A stretch of DNA of 64,000 bases, from contig CM097886.1 of assembly GCA_044892525.1 (NCBI GenBank), positions 107,632,001-107,696,000 on the forward strand, in the 5' to 3' direction. Source of the stretch: Schmidtea polychroa (lineage: Eukaryota). Positions 10,385 to 22,589 of the stretch are shown in pieces. A program made the position numbers and the translations under genes. How positions within the stretch are numbered: the stretch's first letter is position 1; each line of letters opens with the position of its first letter. The notes beneath the pieces were generated by a model. It was given only the letters and a program-made list of their open reading frames with translations. It ran no database searches and was not told the origin of the DNA.

Positions 10385-10619
10385 TATTAGGAGGTTCATC
10401 CTGTAAAACATTAAAATCAGTTTTTGTTTCCATAAATTTTATTTCAATAAATATCAAAATCAAATTATAACTTCTTTAATCTTTCTTATTTAAACAAATT
10501 TTCTACGAAGATATTTTTAATTAAAATATCTTCTTATTTTGTTTTTTTAAAAATTAATCTAAACTTTAATTTTTAAAATTTTCAATTTAAAAATTTCTTC
10601 ATCATAAAACTTCCTCATA
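10385..10619 (-). repeat. 3' LTR (235 bp)
   Basis: Matches 14725-14955 except for a 1-nt and a 3-nt indel. Minus-strand ends are TATGAGGAAG...CCTCCTAATA. Confidence 0.95.
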
Positions 10620-10630
10620 TCCCCCTTCTT
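10620..10630 (-). promoter_or_regulatory. Polypurine tract AAGAAGGGGGA
   Basis: Immediately upstream of the 3' LTR on the minus strand. Confidence 0.9.
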
Positions 10631-13600
10631 AAGAAATTTTTAAGTTTTTCCACATTTCTTTCTATCCTTTTTCCATCTTCATTTCTTAAGATGTATCGTC
10701 TGTCATGCACTTTCTCTATCACTTTGTACGGACCTTCATACCTGTCCTGGCCTTTGTGGCGTGTTTTACTTTTACTAATACTTCTCCTACATTGAATTTT
10801 CTCCTTGTTTGTTCTTCTAGTTCTTCCTTTATCGGCATTTCTTTGGACCCGTACCATTTTTCCCTGCTAATCTTTTTTCCAAAAACTATCTCTGCCGGGC
10901 TTTTCCCTGTCGTTTTTTGTTTGGTTGCATTTAAAGTGAATTCGACTTCTGGTAATATCTCTGCCCAATCCGTCTTCTTTCTATCCTGTAAAGTAGCATT
11001 TATCAAATCCCGTATTGTCCTGAATTGTCTTTCTATCTGACCGTTTGTTTGGTGATGGTATGGACTCGAAAAACATAATTTAATATCTAGCATCTTTGTG
11101 AATTCTCTCATCATTCCTGATTCAAACGCCTTTCCGCAATCAACTCTTATCTCCTTTGGGCATCCAAATCTTAAAATCCACTTTTCTAAAATCGTTTTCT
11201 TTATTGTTTCTTCGTCTTGTTTTGTTATCGCTGTCAAGACTTGATACTTACTATACTGATCTATTATGCCCAATATATACTTCTTACGTCCTTTTGTTTC
11301 TGCTAACGGTCCACATATATCTACGAATATAATTTCGAACATTTCCTTCGAATCTTGTCTTTTTACTGGTTCTTTCGTTGTTATTGTTAAAGCCTTGGTT
11401 TTTTGACAAATCTCACAACTTCGAACAATCTCCTGAATCTTACTCCACAGGTGTTTTCCAACATATCTATCTTTCATATAATCGGCTATCTTCTCGACTC
11501 CAGCATGACACAATAGTCTATGTATTTCCTTTATTGTTTCTTGTTACTCATTTTCAGGTATCATCGTTTTCTTTCGTACTTCTTCTAAAATTCCATGTTG
11601 GATGTTGCTTCTTCCCTCTTCTCTGATCGAGTCTAGTAATCTTGTTTTTATCTTTCCTTTCTTAGCTTCTTCGTGGGCCATTTGACATTGAACACACGTG
11701 TCACATTTAGTTCTCGACACCATGTCTGCATTTTGGTGATTAATACCCTTTCTGTATTCTACTCTTATATCTAAACTGCTCAAATAATTGATCCATGTTT
11801 GGAATTGTGAAGTAATCGGCTTCTTGGTTGTCATCATAAACGTGATTGCCTTGTGGTCTGTCCTGAGCGTGAATCTTCTTCCGTAGAGATAGTGCTTAAA
11901 ATGAATGCAAAAATAATATACCGCCAATAGTTCCTTTCTTGTAATACAATATCCTTTCTCGTGGCTCGTCATCGAGTGTGATCCATACGCAATTACTCTT
12001 TCCTTTCCATCTTTATCTCTTTGTGAAAGTACTGCTCCAATGGTATCGAAACTAGCGTCGGTATCTAAAATGAACTCCTTTTTCAGATCCGGAAAATAAA
12101 AGATTGGCGCCGTCGTGAGTGCTAATTTCAATCCCTCAAACACGCTATTCGTTCCTTCACTCCATTCTAATTTTTTGTTACTTGGTCCGCTACATAATTG
12201 TTCTAACATCCTTGCCTTCTTTGCATAATCACTGATGAATCTTCTATAATAATTGCAAATACCTAAAAAGCTTCGGAGTTTCTTTACGCAATTAGGCTTC
12301 CCAAAGTTCTGTATGGCCTGAATTTTAGATGGATCTGTCTGTACTCCTTCCTTGCTGATTATGTGTCCTAAGAATCTGATTTCTTCCTTTATTATTTGGC
12401 ATTTTTCTGGATTAATCCTTAGGTCTGCTTCCTCAATCGCCTTTAACACTTCTCCGAGTATTGTATAGTGTTTCTCTTTACTGCTTGAATAAATCAAGAT
12501 GTCGTCCAAATACACCATTGCTCCCTTTATTTTGCCTAATACTTTTGTCATCATTTCTTGGAACGTACCTGGTGCTGCTGCAATTCCAAACGGCATTCTG
12601 TTGAAACAATATTGTCCGTTCTTTGTTGAGAAAGCTGTTTTCTCCTGTGATTCTTCTTCTAGTTCCACTTGGTAATATGCATTACCTAGATCGATTGAGC
12701 TGAAAAAGACGGATCCTCCTAACAAATCCAACATCTCGTCTATGTTTGGCATTGAAAATGCCTGCCTCTCTGTTACCGCGTTCAGCTGTCTAAAGTCCAA
12801 GCATAGTCTAATATCCTTTTTCTCTTTTTTCCATACACATATTAGCGGTGTATTCCATGGAGAGTTACATTTCCGTATCTTTCCATTTTTGTACAAATTT
12901 TGTATTGCTTCTTCAATCTTTGATTCCAAATTTAGTGGTTGGCGATATGGTTTTATGTTTATCGGCTCACCTCTTGTAACTATCTTGTGTTTTACCAAAT
13001 GTGTGCGACCCACATCCCATTTATCTGCCATAAACACGTTTCCACTGTTTGTTATAATTTCCTTTAATTTGCTATCTTCATTGATCTTTAACTGCTCCAA
13101 CGCTCGTATCAATCGTTCTTCATCCTTTATTTTTCTGCCAAATTTTGCTTCAATGTTACAAATATAGTTCTTGTCTTTTTCACTAGCCTCGATATCTTTA
13201 ATTTTTAACAGTCTAAATCCAAATGTTTCTTGTAATTCGATTCCTCCAATCACGTCTGGTGTCACTTTCTCCGCCACAATGAATATAACTTCCTTCGAAA
13301 CATTTCCAATGGTTACTTGCACCTTCGTTTTTCCTATTGTCTCGATCGTACTCTCGTTTGCGCATCGTAACTTATCGTCACTTTTCGTCAATTGTTGTCC
13401 TCGTAGCTTGTTGAAACAGTTCACACTCATTACATTGATTCTTGCCCCAGTGTCTAATAAACAGTCGAAATTTTCCCCATTCATCCTTACTGTTATACTA
13501 GGCCTTCCTTGCATTCTGTTATACAAAATTTCAACAACCTGCTTCGTTTCAATGGTTCCAATTCTTTCCACTTCCTCTTCAAACATTTTTCTCTTTAGGA

Positions 13601-13678
13601 ACCTGTATACTTTCTCGCTTACCCTTCCAACATTCTCCCACTTTTCTGCCCCTTGAGGATATCCCATCAAATTTTCTG

Positions 13679-14773
13679 TTAGAATATGGCTCCAACCAAC
13701 TCCTCTACTGGTAGAGCCCTGTTGTTTGGGTACGTCTTCCTAAAATTATCTTCATTTGTCTCTACACACGATTCCCTTTCTTCTTCTTCCTCGATACCAT
13801 TTATCCGACTGTATCTGTTTCCCGTGAATCTTTGTCTCTCCGTCGCTCTCCCGTACCTCATCTTTGTATAACACTCCTCGAATCTATGACCATTTCTGCT
13901 ACATCTTTCACAACGTATTTCCTGACACAATCTTCTTATATGACCTTCTTTCCCACACCCAAAACATCTTGGAGCTTTTTTATCTGGACAGTTTCTACTT
14001 ATATGTCCGCTTCTATGACATGTCCAGCATTCTATTTTACCTTCTTTTGGACAATCAATTTTCGTGTGTCCTATTTTGTGGCATAACCAGCATTCTGGTA
14101 TTTCTCTTCGGATACTTTCTTTTCTCTGTTCTTTCTTCTTGTATTGTACTCTTCCCTGTGGTTCCTGATAGACCACTCTGGCGTAACTTTTCATACTGTT
14201 TATCTGCTCTCTTTGCTTGTCTACTTTGTCCATCAGAGTTAGTGTTTCCTTTATTTCTTCTGTGCTTTTTATCTTCCGTAGTATCACTTCTTTCTCAACT
14301 TCTTTATTCTCCGCACATACTATTAACATCCTTGCTGTTAATTTCTCTTTGGTAAATTCTTTATTTTCGAACAACCTATCAACAAGGTCCTCCACCTTTT
14401 TAAAATACGTTTCTATTTCTTCACCCTTCCGCTTGTAATTCAACAAGTTTTGTAGATCCTTTGAAACATCTCTTTCACGATCGAATGCCAATCGCAACCT
14501 AACCTGGAATCCTTCGGCTTTTTTCAGTGTTTTGGCGTACACTTCCAGGAGATCCTCATCAATCATGCAAGATGTTAATCTTTCCTGGTCTTTCTTCTTC
14601 GTGATTCCCTTGGCGTCGAAATAAATTTCGCATCTTTTAATGAATTTTTCCAAATCGTCCCCTTGGCAGAATACCTTTGGTAGCAATCTTTCGGTGATTG
14701 CGTCCGTGTTTACCGCTGCCACCATATTAGGAGGTTCATCCTGTAAAACATTAAAATCAGTTTTTGTTTCCAT
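13679..14773 (-). CDS. gag: Gag, 364 aa from the ATG at 14773, with four CCHC zinc knuckles
   Basis: Intact ORF containing CWLCHKIGHTKIDC, CWTCHRSGHISRNC, CFGCGKEGHIRRLC and CERCSRNGHRFEEC. Confidence 0.95.
   Translation of the reverse strand: METKTDFNVLQDEPPNMVAAVNTDAITERLLPKVFCQGDDLEKFIKRCEIYFDAKGITKKKDQERLTSCMIDEDLLEVYAKTLKKAEGFQVRLRLAFDRERDVSKDLQNLLNYKRKGEEIETYFKKVEDLVDRLFENKEFTKEKLTARMLIVCAENKEVEKEVILRKIKSTEEIKETLTLMDKVDKQREQINSMKSYARVVYQEPQGRVQYKKKEQRKESIRREIPECWLCHKIGHTKIDCPKEGKIECWTCHRSGHISRNCPDKKAPRCFGCGKEGHIRRLCQEIRCERCSRNGHRFEECYTKMRYGRATERQRFTGNRYSRINGIEEEEERESCVETNEDNFRKTYPNNRALPVEELVGAIF
13688..13730 (-). promoter_or_regulatory. Candidate -1 ribosomal frameshift signal
   Basis: C CCA AAC in gag phase (13730-13724), 5-nt spacer, then the hairpin GGCTCTACCA...TGGTTGGAGCC (13718-13688). 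The pol frame is -1 and open from 13739. Confidence 0.7.
14712..14724 (-). promoter_or_regulatory. Primer-binding site TGGTGGCAGCGGT (tRNA-Leu type)
   Basis: Directly abuts the 5' LTR and is complementary to the ...ACCGCTGCCACCA 3' end typical of tRNA-Leu(AAG/TAG). Confidence 0.8.
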
Positions 14774-14955
14774 AAATTTTATTTCAATAAATATCAAAAT
14801 CAAATTATAACTTCTTTAATCTTTCTTATTTAAACAAATTTTCTACGAAGATATTTTAATTAAAATATCTTATTTTGTTTTTTTAAAAATTAATCTAAAC
14901 TTTAATTTTTAAAATTTTCAATTTAAAAATTTCTTCATCATAAAACTTCCTCATA
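14725..14955 (-). repeat. 5' LTR (231 bp)
   Basis: Direct repeat of 10385-10619. Confidence 0.95.
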
Positions 14956-15039
14956 TATATATTTTTAATATTCGTAATATAAGCATAAAGGATGCGTTAA
15001 ATCATTGTTAGATGTATCTAAAACATTATCATTGATCAT

Positions 15040-16100
15040 TGTAGGTAAAAGAGTCTCAAGTCAACAATTTCTAATAAGAATGAATCTGTGTCGCCCTCAA
15101 CAATATTGACACTGTAATTGAATTGACTTCGATATTTAGCTAATTCCACATATTAAAGCTCATACATTCGTAGTTTAGTTAAATCCAAAACTGTTTTACA
15201 GGTGTAACTTGTTCTGTTTAGACATACTGATTCAGTATCGCTGCAATAAAGTCATCCGAAATTTTTATACTTTTTCGGAAAGTTTGATTTGAAGCTTATG
15301 TAATCATTTTCTGTTGGATATTACATAATCTTAAGTTCATTCTTTTCTTTAAATTTTCTACAGTCTAACCGTATAGACTATTACTGAGCAGCCTGTAATA
15401 ATTTTTATCCAAACTATCTATTGGTTCAGCTCTGAGTTTGGTATGAGTATCGACATAACTTTTGAAAATATGATCTTGCTTGAACCTGATAGCCCGATGA
15501 ATCTCGACAACTTGAATCCCTAACGATTGATATATCTTCAGTATTCGCCAATGAATTACATAATTCTGTCGTGGATAATGTGTCAACAATCATTTCTCCA
15601 CACTTTATACGCACTTCATTTCTGCAGCTATTGGAAAATCATCCAATAAATCATGAAAATCATTCAGTATTTCCAAATCAACCTGTAAAGTATATCCATA
15701 CAAAAGTGATTCTATGTCCGAATGCTCAAAATCTTCCAAAGTACTATCAAGATTGTAATGAATCCAACTAAAGTGTCCACTGGGTAAACTTTGACTTAAT
15801 ATCCACCCATAAACGTTATTAATGTTAGATTTAGTTTATCGAACAAATTAAATTTGTTATTTATTCAAGAAAAAGATAGTATATAAGGTAAGGTTAGAGA
15901 TCATGATCATTTTTACGGAAAAGTATATTGATCCTGCTTCTAAAGTGTGATATATCTAGAAATATCATAGAATTATTGCCTTTAGTTTTTCATAATTTAC
16001 TTTTTATTTTTATTTGAATTCATTATGTATCCAATAAGTAGTGCGAAGTTCTTGTCACTTATGGCATATGTTGATGGGCTTAGAATATGGTTTATTAATT
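15040..16100 (-). pseudogene. Decayed protein-primed family B DNA polymerase fragment (Polinton type)
   Basis: NNVYGWILSQSLPSGHFSW, GYTLQVDLE, NYVIHWRILKIYQSLGIQVVEIHRAIRFKQ and NYYRLLSNSLYG-KTVENLKKR follow the Polinton pPolB motif order, with many stops and frameshifts. Outer bounds are approximate. Confidence 0.85.
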
Positions 16101-16849
16101 CATACCAGTTTGTAAATGACTCATTTGGTATGAGCTGTTAAGACATTGAACAGTTTACCATTGACAAAATTGGTATTTAATGTAGCTATAGTTGATTCAA
16201 AAGGCATATTCCCATATAATTTCGAGACATTTTGAAGTTTTGGAGACCACATATGAATTACCACCAATTTGGAAAAGAGTTACAGCTAAATATCAAAGTC
16301 ATATCAATTGTAGTATCAACATTGATGCGGACGACACAGATTCATTCTTCTTAGAAATTAGAAATTGTAAACTTACTTAAAATGATCAATAATAATCTTT
16401 TAGATACATATAACTATGATTTAACGCACTAATGTATAGCAAAGCATTAGACTCTGTGATCGGAAAGTTTAATGAAAGTAAGGTTTTAGTTAAAAGAGTG
16501 GATATTTCTGTGACCAAAATATTATAATTTACTAGGTAATACGAATACGACAAAAGCGAAAGGTGTAACATTGAAATAGACAGACATTACACATGTTTTA
16601 TCTATATTGTTACAATGGATTGGAAATATCTAGAGTGTATAGAATAGGTACCTGCAACCACCAGTTGTATAGTTTTGAAACTAGTAAAATCACGCATACA
16701 AATAATGATGATAAAAGGGTTTTGATTGAAAAGAATGAAAGCCTAGCACATGATCATTATATGATAAAGAATAATGGAAAATTTACAGAATATGGTATAT
16801 GTTGATTAATATATCATTGATTAACTTGTGATTATTATTGTTATTTTTG

Positions 16850-17600
16850 AAGATGGAAGTTTGTTTAAATAACAAAAAATTAGAAGACAGATAATTTTTA
16901 GTGCATTTTTATATTAAATAAAGTTTATGGAGTTATTTAATGATTTACAAAACGTTGTTAATGTTTTAACGGATGAGGATCCTGATATGGTGGCAGTGGT
17001 AAACACCGACGCAATCCCTAAAATATTTCTGCCAAAAGTGTTTTGTCAAGGTGATGACTTGGAGAAGTTTATTAAGAGATATGAGATTTATTTCAATTCT
17101 AAGGGCATCGCACATAAAAGAGAACAGGAAAGATTGACAGCATGTATGATCGACGAGAATCTATTGGAGAACTATGCAAAAACACTTAAAAAGGCAGAAG
17201 GATTTCAATCCAGGTTACGAATGAAATTTGATTACGAAAGAGACATAATAAAGGCGAAGAGATTGAAACAAATTTAAAAAAAAGGTGGACCTTGTTGACA
17301 GGTTATTGGAGAATAAAGAATTCACCAAAGCGGAGTTAACAACAAAGATGTTGATAATATGTGCTGAGAATAAAGAAGTTGAGAAAGAAATAATATTAAG
17401 GAGGATAAAAGCACAGGTGAGATAAAAGAAACATTAATTCTTATGTATAAAGTGGAGAAACAAAGAGATCAGATAAAAGTTATGAAAATTTACGCAAGAG
17501 TGGTCTATCAGGAACCACAGGGAAGAAAAAAGACAATAGAAAGAGAAGAAAGCAGGTAAATAGAAGACCCATAGTGCTGGTCATGGCACAAAATAGTTCA
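16850..17600 (+). mobile_element. gag: Truncated Gypsy relative: partial LTR, PBS (TGGTGGCAGTGGT) and degraded gag
   Basis: ORF 16927-17277 aligns with gag, and frameshifted gag similarity continues to about 17600. Confidence 0.9.
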
Positions 17601-17689
17601 TATTGATTTCAAGCATTTTGGTCTTATTATTTTTTTTAATTATTGTTATAATTTTAAATAATAATTATGGTATATAAACTGATTAGCCA

Positions 17690-17830
17690 CCAGGTACATA
17701 TTATGAATAATAAAAATATATAAAACACAAAATAATAATAGAAATAATAATTAATACTATTAATTATAATAAAAATGGAAAATAAATAATATAAATAAAA
17801 TGAATTTAAATAAAAATAAATAATTACTTT
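17690..17830 (-). repeat. AT-rich dispersed repeat; empty-site paralog of the Gypsy insertion target
   Basis: Its reverse complement matches 10270-10384 joined directly to 14961-14980. Confidence 0.8.
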
Positions 17831-19818
17831 TAGTCGTAACATTGTTGGTCATTGTTATACGTTGTCTTTTAATTTGAAAAATAGTGTATTATTTGTTAAT
17901 TATTTTAGAAATTATAATATCAAGTATGTAAAGAGTTAGTAAGCCCCTATATAGAATTATTATGGTTAAATGGTAGAAGTGAGATCAGTTAGTAGAAATA
18001 ATTATTTCTGTTAAATTTTTATATTTAAATTCTATATTAAATTATATCATATTATATTAAATTATATTAAATTAAATCAATTAAATGTATGACCAATAAT
18101 TACATTAATATTAATAATTATCACGCCTCGGTGTTTAAATACACTAGTAAACGAGACAGATTTGAAGTTGTTATAAAAATAAATGCTTGAAGAAGATTTG
18201 AATTTAATTGCGTCTAACAAAGTATTTGCTTATCAACGTGTTTATAAATATATATTTTAACATAAAATCAAAAATCAAAAAATTTATAAAAAGTCATTGT
18301 TGGATGTGACAAAATATCAATCCTAAAATAATTAATTTGGTTAATTCAAAGGATGTCTTTGATACTAAAAGGACAGTAACTAATAGTGTTAAAAACATGT
18401 CTTACTTATTAATAAATGGAATTTTCATTCAATTGGTATCGCCATAACTATGAAAGGCGTTCTAGTTTGATTTTTAGGATTCTAGCAATAAAAATATTGT
18501 CTAAGCCTTTTTTGATAAAGTATTTCAACAATTTCTTTTATTTCAATAGTCCTAATCTTTGTGATAATATTTAGAAAGTGTGGTTTTGTTTTAAAATAAT
18601 TTAATTTATTTTTATTTAGTCAGTTGCAATCTTCAAGAGTAAAATTACTTGTAAATTCTGCTAGATCCCTTTATAAATACCGCCAATAATATGCCGGTTG
18701 TCCTTATAAGGAAGAATATGTATTAATGTTTCAAACTATAATCTACCAACATTTACAGTTGTGCACAGGCCACTACTAGGACATTAAAATTTTACTTTTT
18801 GTATGACAGTCAATGATTCCAATTCTCTAAAATACAACAAATTCATTGAACTTAACAAAATTTTTCCATCGGTATTTTTAAAAAAAGTTATAAAAATTAC
18901 TGGAGTAGCTCGCATAAATAAAATTATTTGACAAAATCATAAATTAATATTTTTTTAAATAATTACAAATAAAAATTAAATATAATAAATTACATTGTCA
19001 ATTCTGCTTCTTAGATTCTGAAAGACAATAATAAAATAACATCTTAAAGTAAATTGTAAAAATTTAGTTATGATTTTAAATATTCTTAAGGTGATATATA
19101 AAAATAGAGATATTTTAAAATTTAAATATAATTATATTCTAATAGAAGACAACAAAAATTATATTCAACATCTACCAATAGTGAAAATTCTGTTTTGTCA
19201 ACTTTTTGGTGCATGACTAATGACTGTCTCATGTAATATATAAATGAAAAAACTAAAGATACATTTATAAAATAGCAGTACACAAAGTTGATGGATAAAA
19301 TCAAGATTATTCCAAATTAAAATCAACGACTATTTGTTTTAATGATTTAAAATTTCGTAGATGGTTTTCGAAAATCTCAAAGCGATAAAAATTTGAATTA
19401 ATTGTTTAAATTAATAAAATATATTGTTATTGAATTTAACTGAATCGATAATATAAAATTCGAGTAAAATATTTATAAAAAAAATTAAAATTCCATTAGA
19501 CATGAGTCTAAATATTAAATGTACCAAACTCACAGAATAGTTGTTAGACGTGTTTAGAAGAAAAATTGAAATCAAAAAATTAAAATAAGTTAAATTAAAT
19601 TAACATTAATTTTAATTTTTTTTAAAATCCTTTAAAATATATTAACAAAATAGAAAAAAGTAGTATGTGTGAATATAACATTCTCGTGTTTATTGAAAAT
19701 CAATATTTAAACAATAAAAGAAATGCAGTGATTTTAAATGTGTTGAAATTATATTTTTAGTAAAAAATAAATTTCAAACAACACTTGGAAAAAGAATTTA
19801 AACATAAAACCTTTAAAC

Positions 19819-22589
19819 CAGTGGAGCGCAAACTGTAGCCGTGATAGTCCTAAATGGCGGCTGTAAACAAACTATCTAATTATAAGATATTGGCGGCCAT
19901 GTGTGTATTAATTAATAAATATATTTTTATACGATCATTTTAAAACTGAGGCAGTATTAATAATTTTGTTGTTTGCTTCTGTCTGAGTATATCAGTATAT
20001 GAATTTGAACCACAGGCGTTAAACTGATACATACACTTAGAAACACATTTCGAATGTCTATTGTAAAACGTAGACAATGTTACACAAGTTTTTCACAGAA
20101 GCAAGTACTAAAACACACAGGTTTGTGTTCATGTCAGTCGAAAATTGTACACCCAAACATACCATGACTGGCCTTATTCGTCACTAAGTATCATTTCCGC
20201 CTCTCATACACACTGGAGACCACCTTTATTTTCACAGACACCATATATAAACTGCATGTCTTACCAGAATTCATCAAATACAACGAAGCTGACAGTGAAA
20301 TGTAGAACAGAATAGCCAATGAAATTGAACAATGTGCAAATGATTTGAGTATGTAGTGCAAATAGGCAGTGGTGATAAACTAGGATGAGGGGACGGGAAT
20401 GCCTCAGCTTTTATTCATGTAGCTACGATTGATGTGAATATGGTATTCCTAGCGACTGCGTATAGGAGAGGAATAACAAGGCTCAATTTTCATTTATTGT
20501 TTTTCTTCAAAGCATTAAATGTTGCATATCGTCTAGTTAAGTTTTTGAAAAAAAAAATCTTTTGAAGAAGAGAAAAGAACTTTTAAAGTGCAATGGGAAT
20601 CGGATTTCTTTATCGTGGCGACAGAAAATCATTCAATGAAATTCTTCATCTGTAATGAAGTGGTGAAAGCTAATAAAGGAGATAATTCCAAGCAGCATTT
20701 TCACCGTCGTCACGAATCTCATCTATATGTGAAACTACAAGGTTACTCTAGGAATATTTGCGTGGAGAATTTGAAGAGATAGTTTTATCAGCAGACTTCC
20801 CTCATGACCACATTCGTATAAACTACAAATATTCGTAGCGAAGCTTCATATAGAGTTGAATATCGTCTCAGCGGTGCTGGAAAACCACTTTCAGATGGTG
20901 AACTCGTAAAAGACTGTATTTTGAATGTAATTATATGTAATTATGCATTCTGGAAAAGAAACTGAATATTAAACAATCCCTCTCTCACGTGACCCTGTAC
21001 AACGACGTCAAAGTGATATCGCTGAGCAGTTAAAACTACCCATGCAGAAAAAGATTAACAAAGAGGATAGTTTATTTGCGATGGCACTCAATGAATCAAC
21101 GGATATGACTGACTCGGCGCAACTGCTCATTTTTATTCGCTCTTTGTCACCTAAGTCTGAGGTGTGCGATGATGATCTTCTCTCCACGGACACTTCCTAC
21201 TCGTACAAATGGAGTACAAGTGATGTACTTACGAGCCATTTGTATTGACGGCGCTCCAGCTATGGAAGGTAAACAGAAAGGTTTCGTATCCAGATTTACT
21301 GATTATATGCCAACAGAGCATGTTAACCAGAATCTCGTCAATCTGCACTGCATTATTCATCAAGAAGCACTGTGCTTTAAAACAGCTGTTTTGGAGACTA
21401 TTCTACAGGATGTGAACCAATTAATTTTCTTCATTCGCTCTAAACTTCTTAAATATATTCTTAAAAATATTGTCAGTTACAGGAAGTTCTGCAGACCAGC
21501 GAATAACCTGCTAAGGACATACTTTACCAAACCGATGTTCGTTAGCTGTCAAAAGGAGAAAATTCTCGTACGTAAGGAAATTGTGGATTTTTACTACACA
21601 AAGAATAAAAAGTGTCCCTTAAGTGAAGCATTTTTAGTTGATTTATTACCCTTTTGAATACTCTGAATCAGTCACTGCAAAGCAAAAGTACAACTGTTTG
21701 CTTTATGCATCAAAAGGTGCAAGGGTTCTAAGACAAATGCCTTCTTCTAAAATATTATCTTCTGCAAGGCAGCTAATACTTCCCACAATTGACATCTCTG
21801 ATGGAAAACGATGAATTACAACGGAATGACATTCCAACAACATCTTTTACCGCCATTATTGATGCTCTACTGCAATAATTCACCAAACAATTCCAGGACT
21901 TGAACAACATTACACCAGTACTTCGCCTTATTGCTTCTCCTTGTCTGGTGGAAACTGAGAACCTGCCCCTGTACCTTCAAATGGAATTGGTGGAGTTGAA
22001 AAACAATGAACAGCTCATCAGGAATTTCAAGGATAAACCCGATTTGCTAAATTTGTGGAAATTGGCAGTGGAATACTCTAAACTGCGAGAATTGGCAAGT
22101 ACCATCCTTATTCTCTTCGGAAGCACCTATGTATGTGAAGCAGCTTTGAAATACTTAAAGTACTTGAAAAAAAAACTGGAGTCTGGAATAAGGCTTAAGG
22201 ACTCGAGTGAGTCTCCAGATTTTTCACACCTCTCGGCAAATATCCAAAAGCAGCCATTAATTTGGAATATTGTTATGGCCAAATCACATTAACAATACAT
22301 TTGAGTGTGATCAAACCTGCATGATTATCTTATGATTATCTTTATTTATTTTGTCTGGAAAAAATAGTATTGTAGCTCATGGAAAAGGATATGTGGAGGG
22401 TAGTAAGCATGTTTGTAAGAGTAAAAATAGGACGTTGTTTGTGTTTTCAAAATTAAATCAAAGCATTTAAGCCTGTGATTCTAAAACAGTTTTCCTTCAA
22501 TAACCTAATAACAAAAATATCTTAGCGGCCGTGAAGAGAATAGAAAGATTCAATACGGTCGACTTATAGCAAAAGGTTGTGCACTCCTG
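19819..22589 (+). mobile_element. Decayed hAT (Buster/SPIN-like) transposon
   Basis: TSD CTTTAAAC at 19811-19818 and 22590-22597; degenerate CAG...CTG TIRs; fragmented transposase (FAMALNESTDMTDSAQLLIFIR, ICIDGAPAM, HCIIHQEAL, LFGSTYVCE). Confidence 0.92.

Larger units (their letters stand above)
10615..13739 (-). pseudogene. pol: pol (protease, RT, RNase H, integrase) with one in-frame TAA at 11544-11546 and a frameshift near 10770
   Basis: Motifs LLDTGA, LCLDFRQLN, YLDDI, DTDASF, HAG, VDICGP...IRVDCG...IERQF and YEGPYKV. ORFs 11544-13670 and 10719-11513 are in the same frame, separated by a single TAA. The C-terminus is in a shifted frame (10615-10857). Confidence 0.95.
10385..14955 (-). 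mobile_element. Full-length compact Ty3/Gypsy LTR retrotransposon (4571 bp), recently inserted, pol damaged
   Basis: Two near-identical LTRs, PBS, PPT and gag-pol in PR-RT-RH-IN order. TSD is TATAT at 10380-10384 and 14956-14960 (or a 4-bp ATAT if the end is shifted by 1 nt). Confidence 0.97.

Noticed and set aside
11544-11546. Programmed readthrough of the TAA between RNase H and integrase
   Set aside because: The context TAA CAA GAA is not a strong known readthrough signal, and a second lesion (frameshift near 10770) indicates ordinary decay. Alignment of other copies would settle it.
10705-14438. Plus-strand ORFs overlapping gag/pol
   Set aside because: Antisense shadows of the purine-rich retroelement coding strand, with no motifs.
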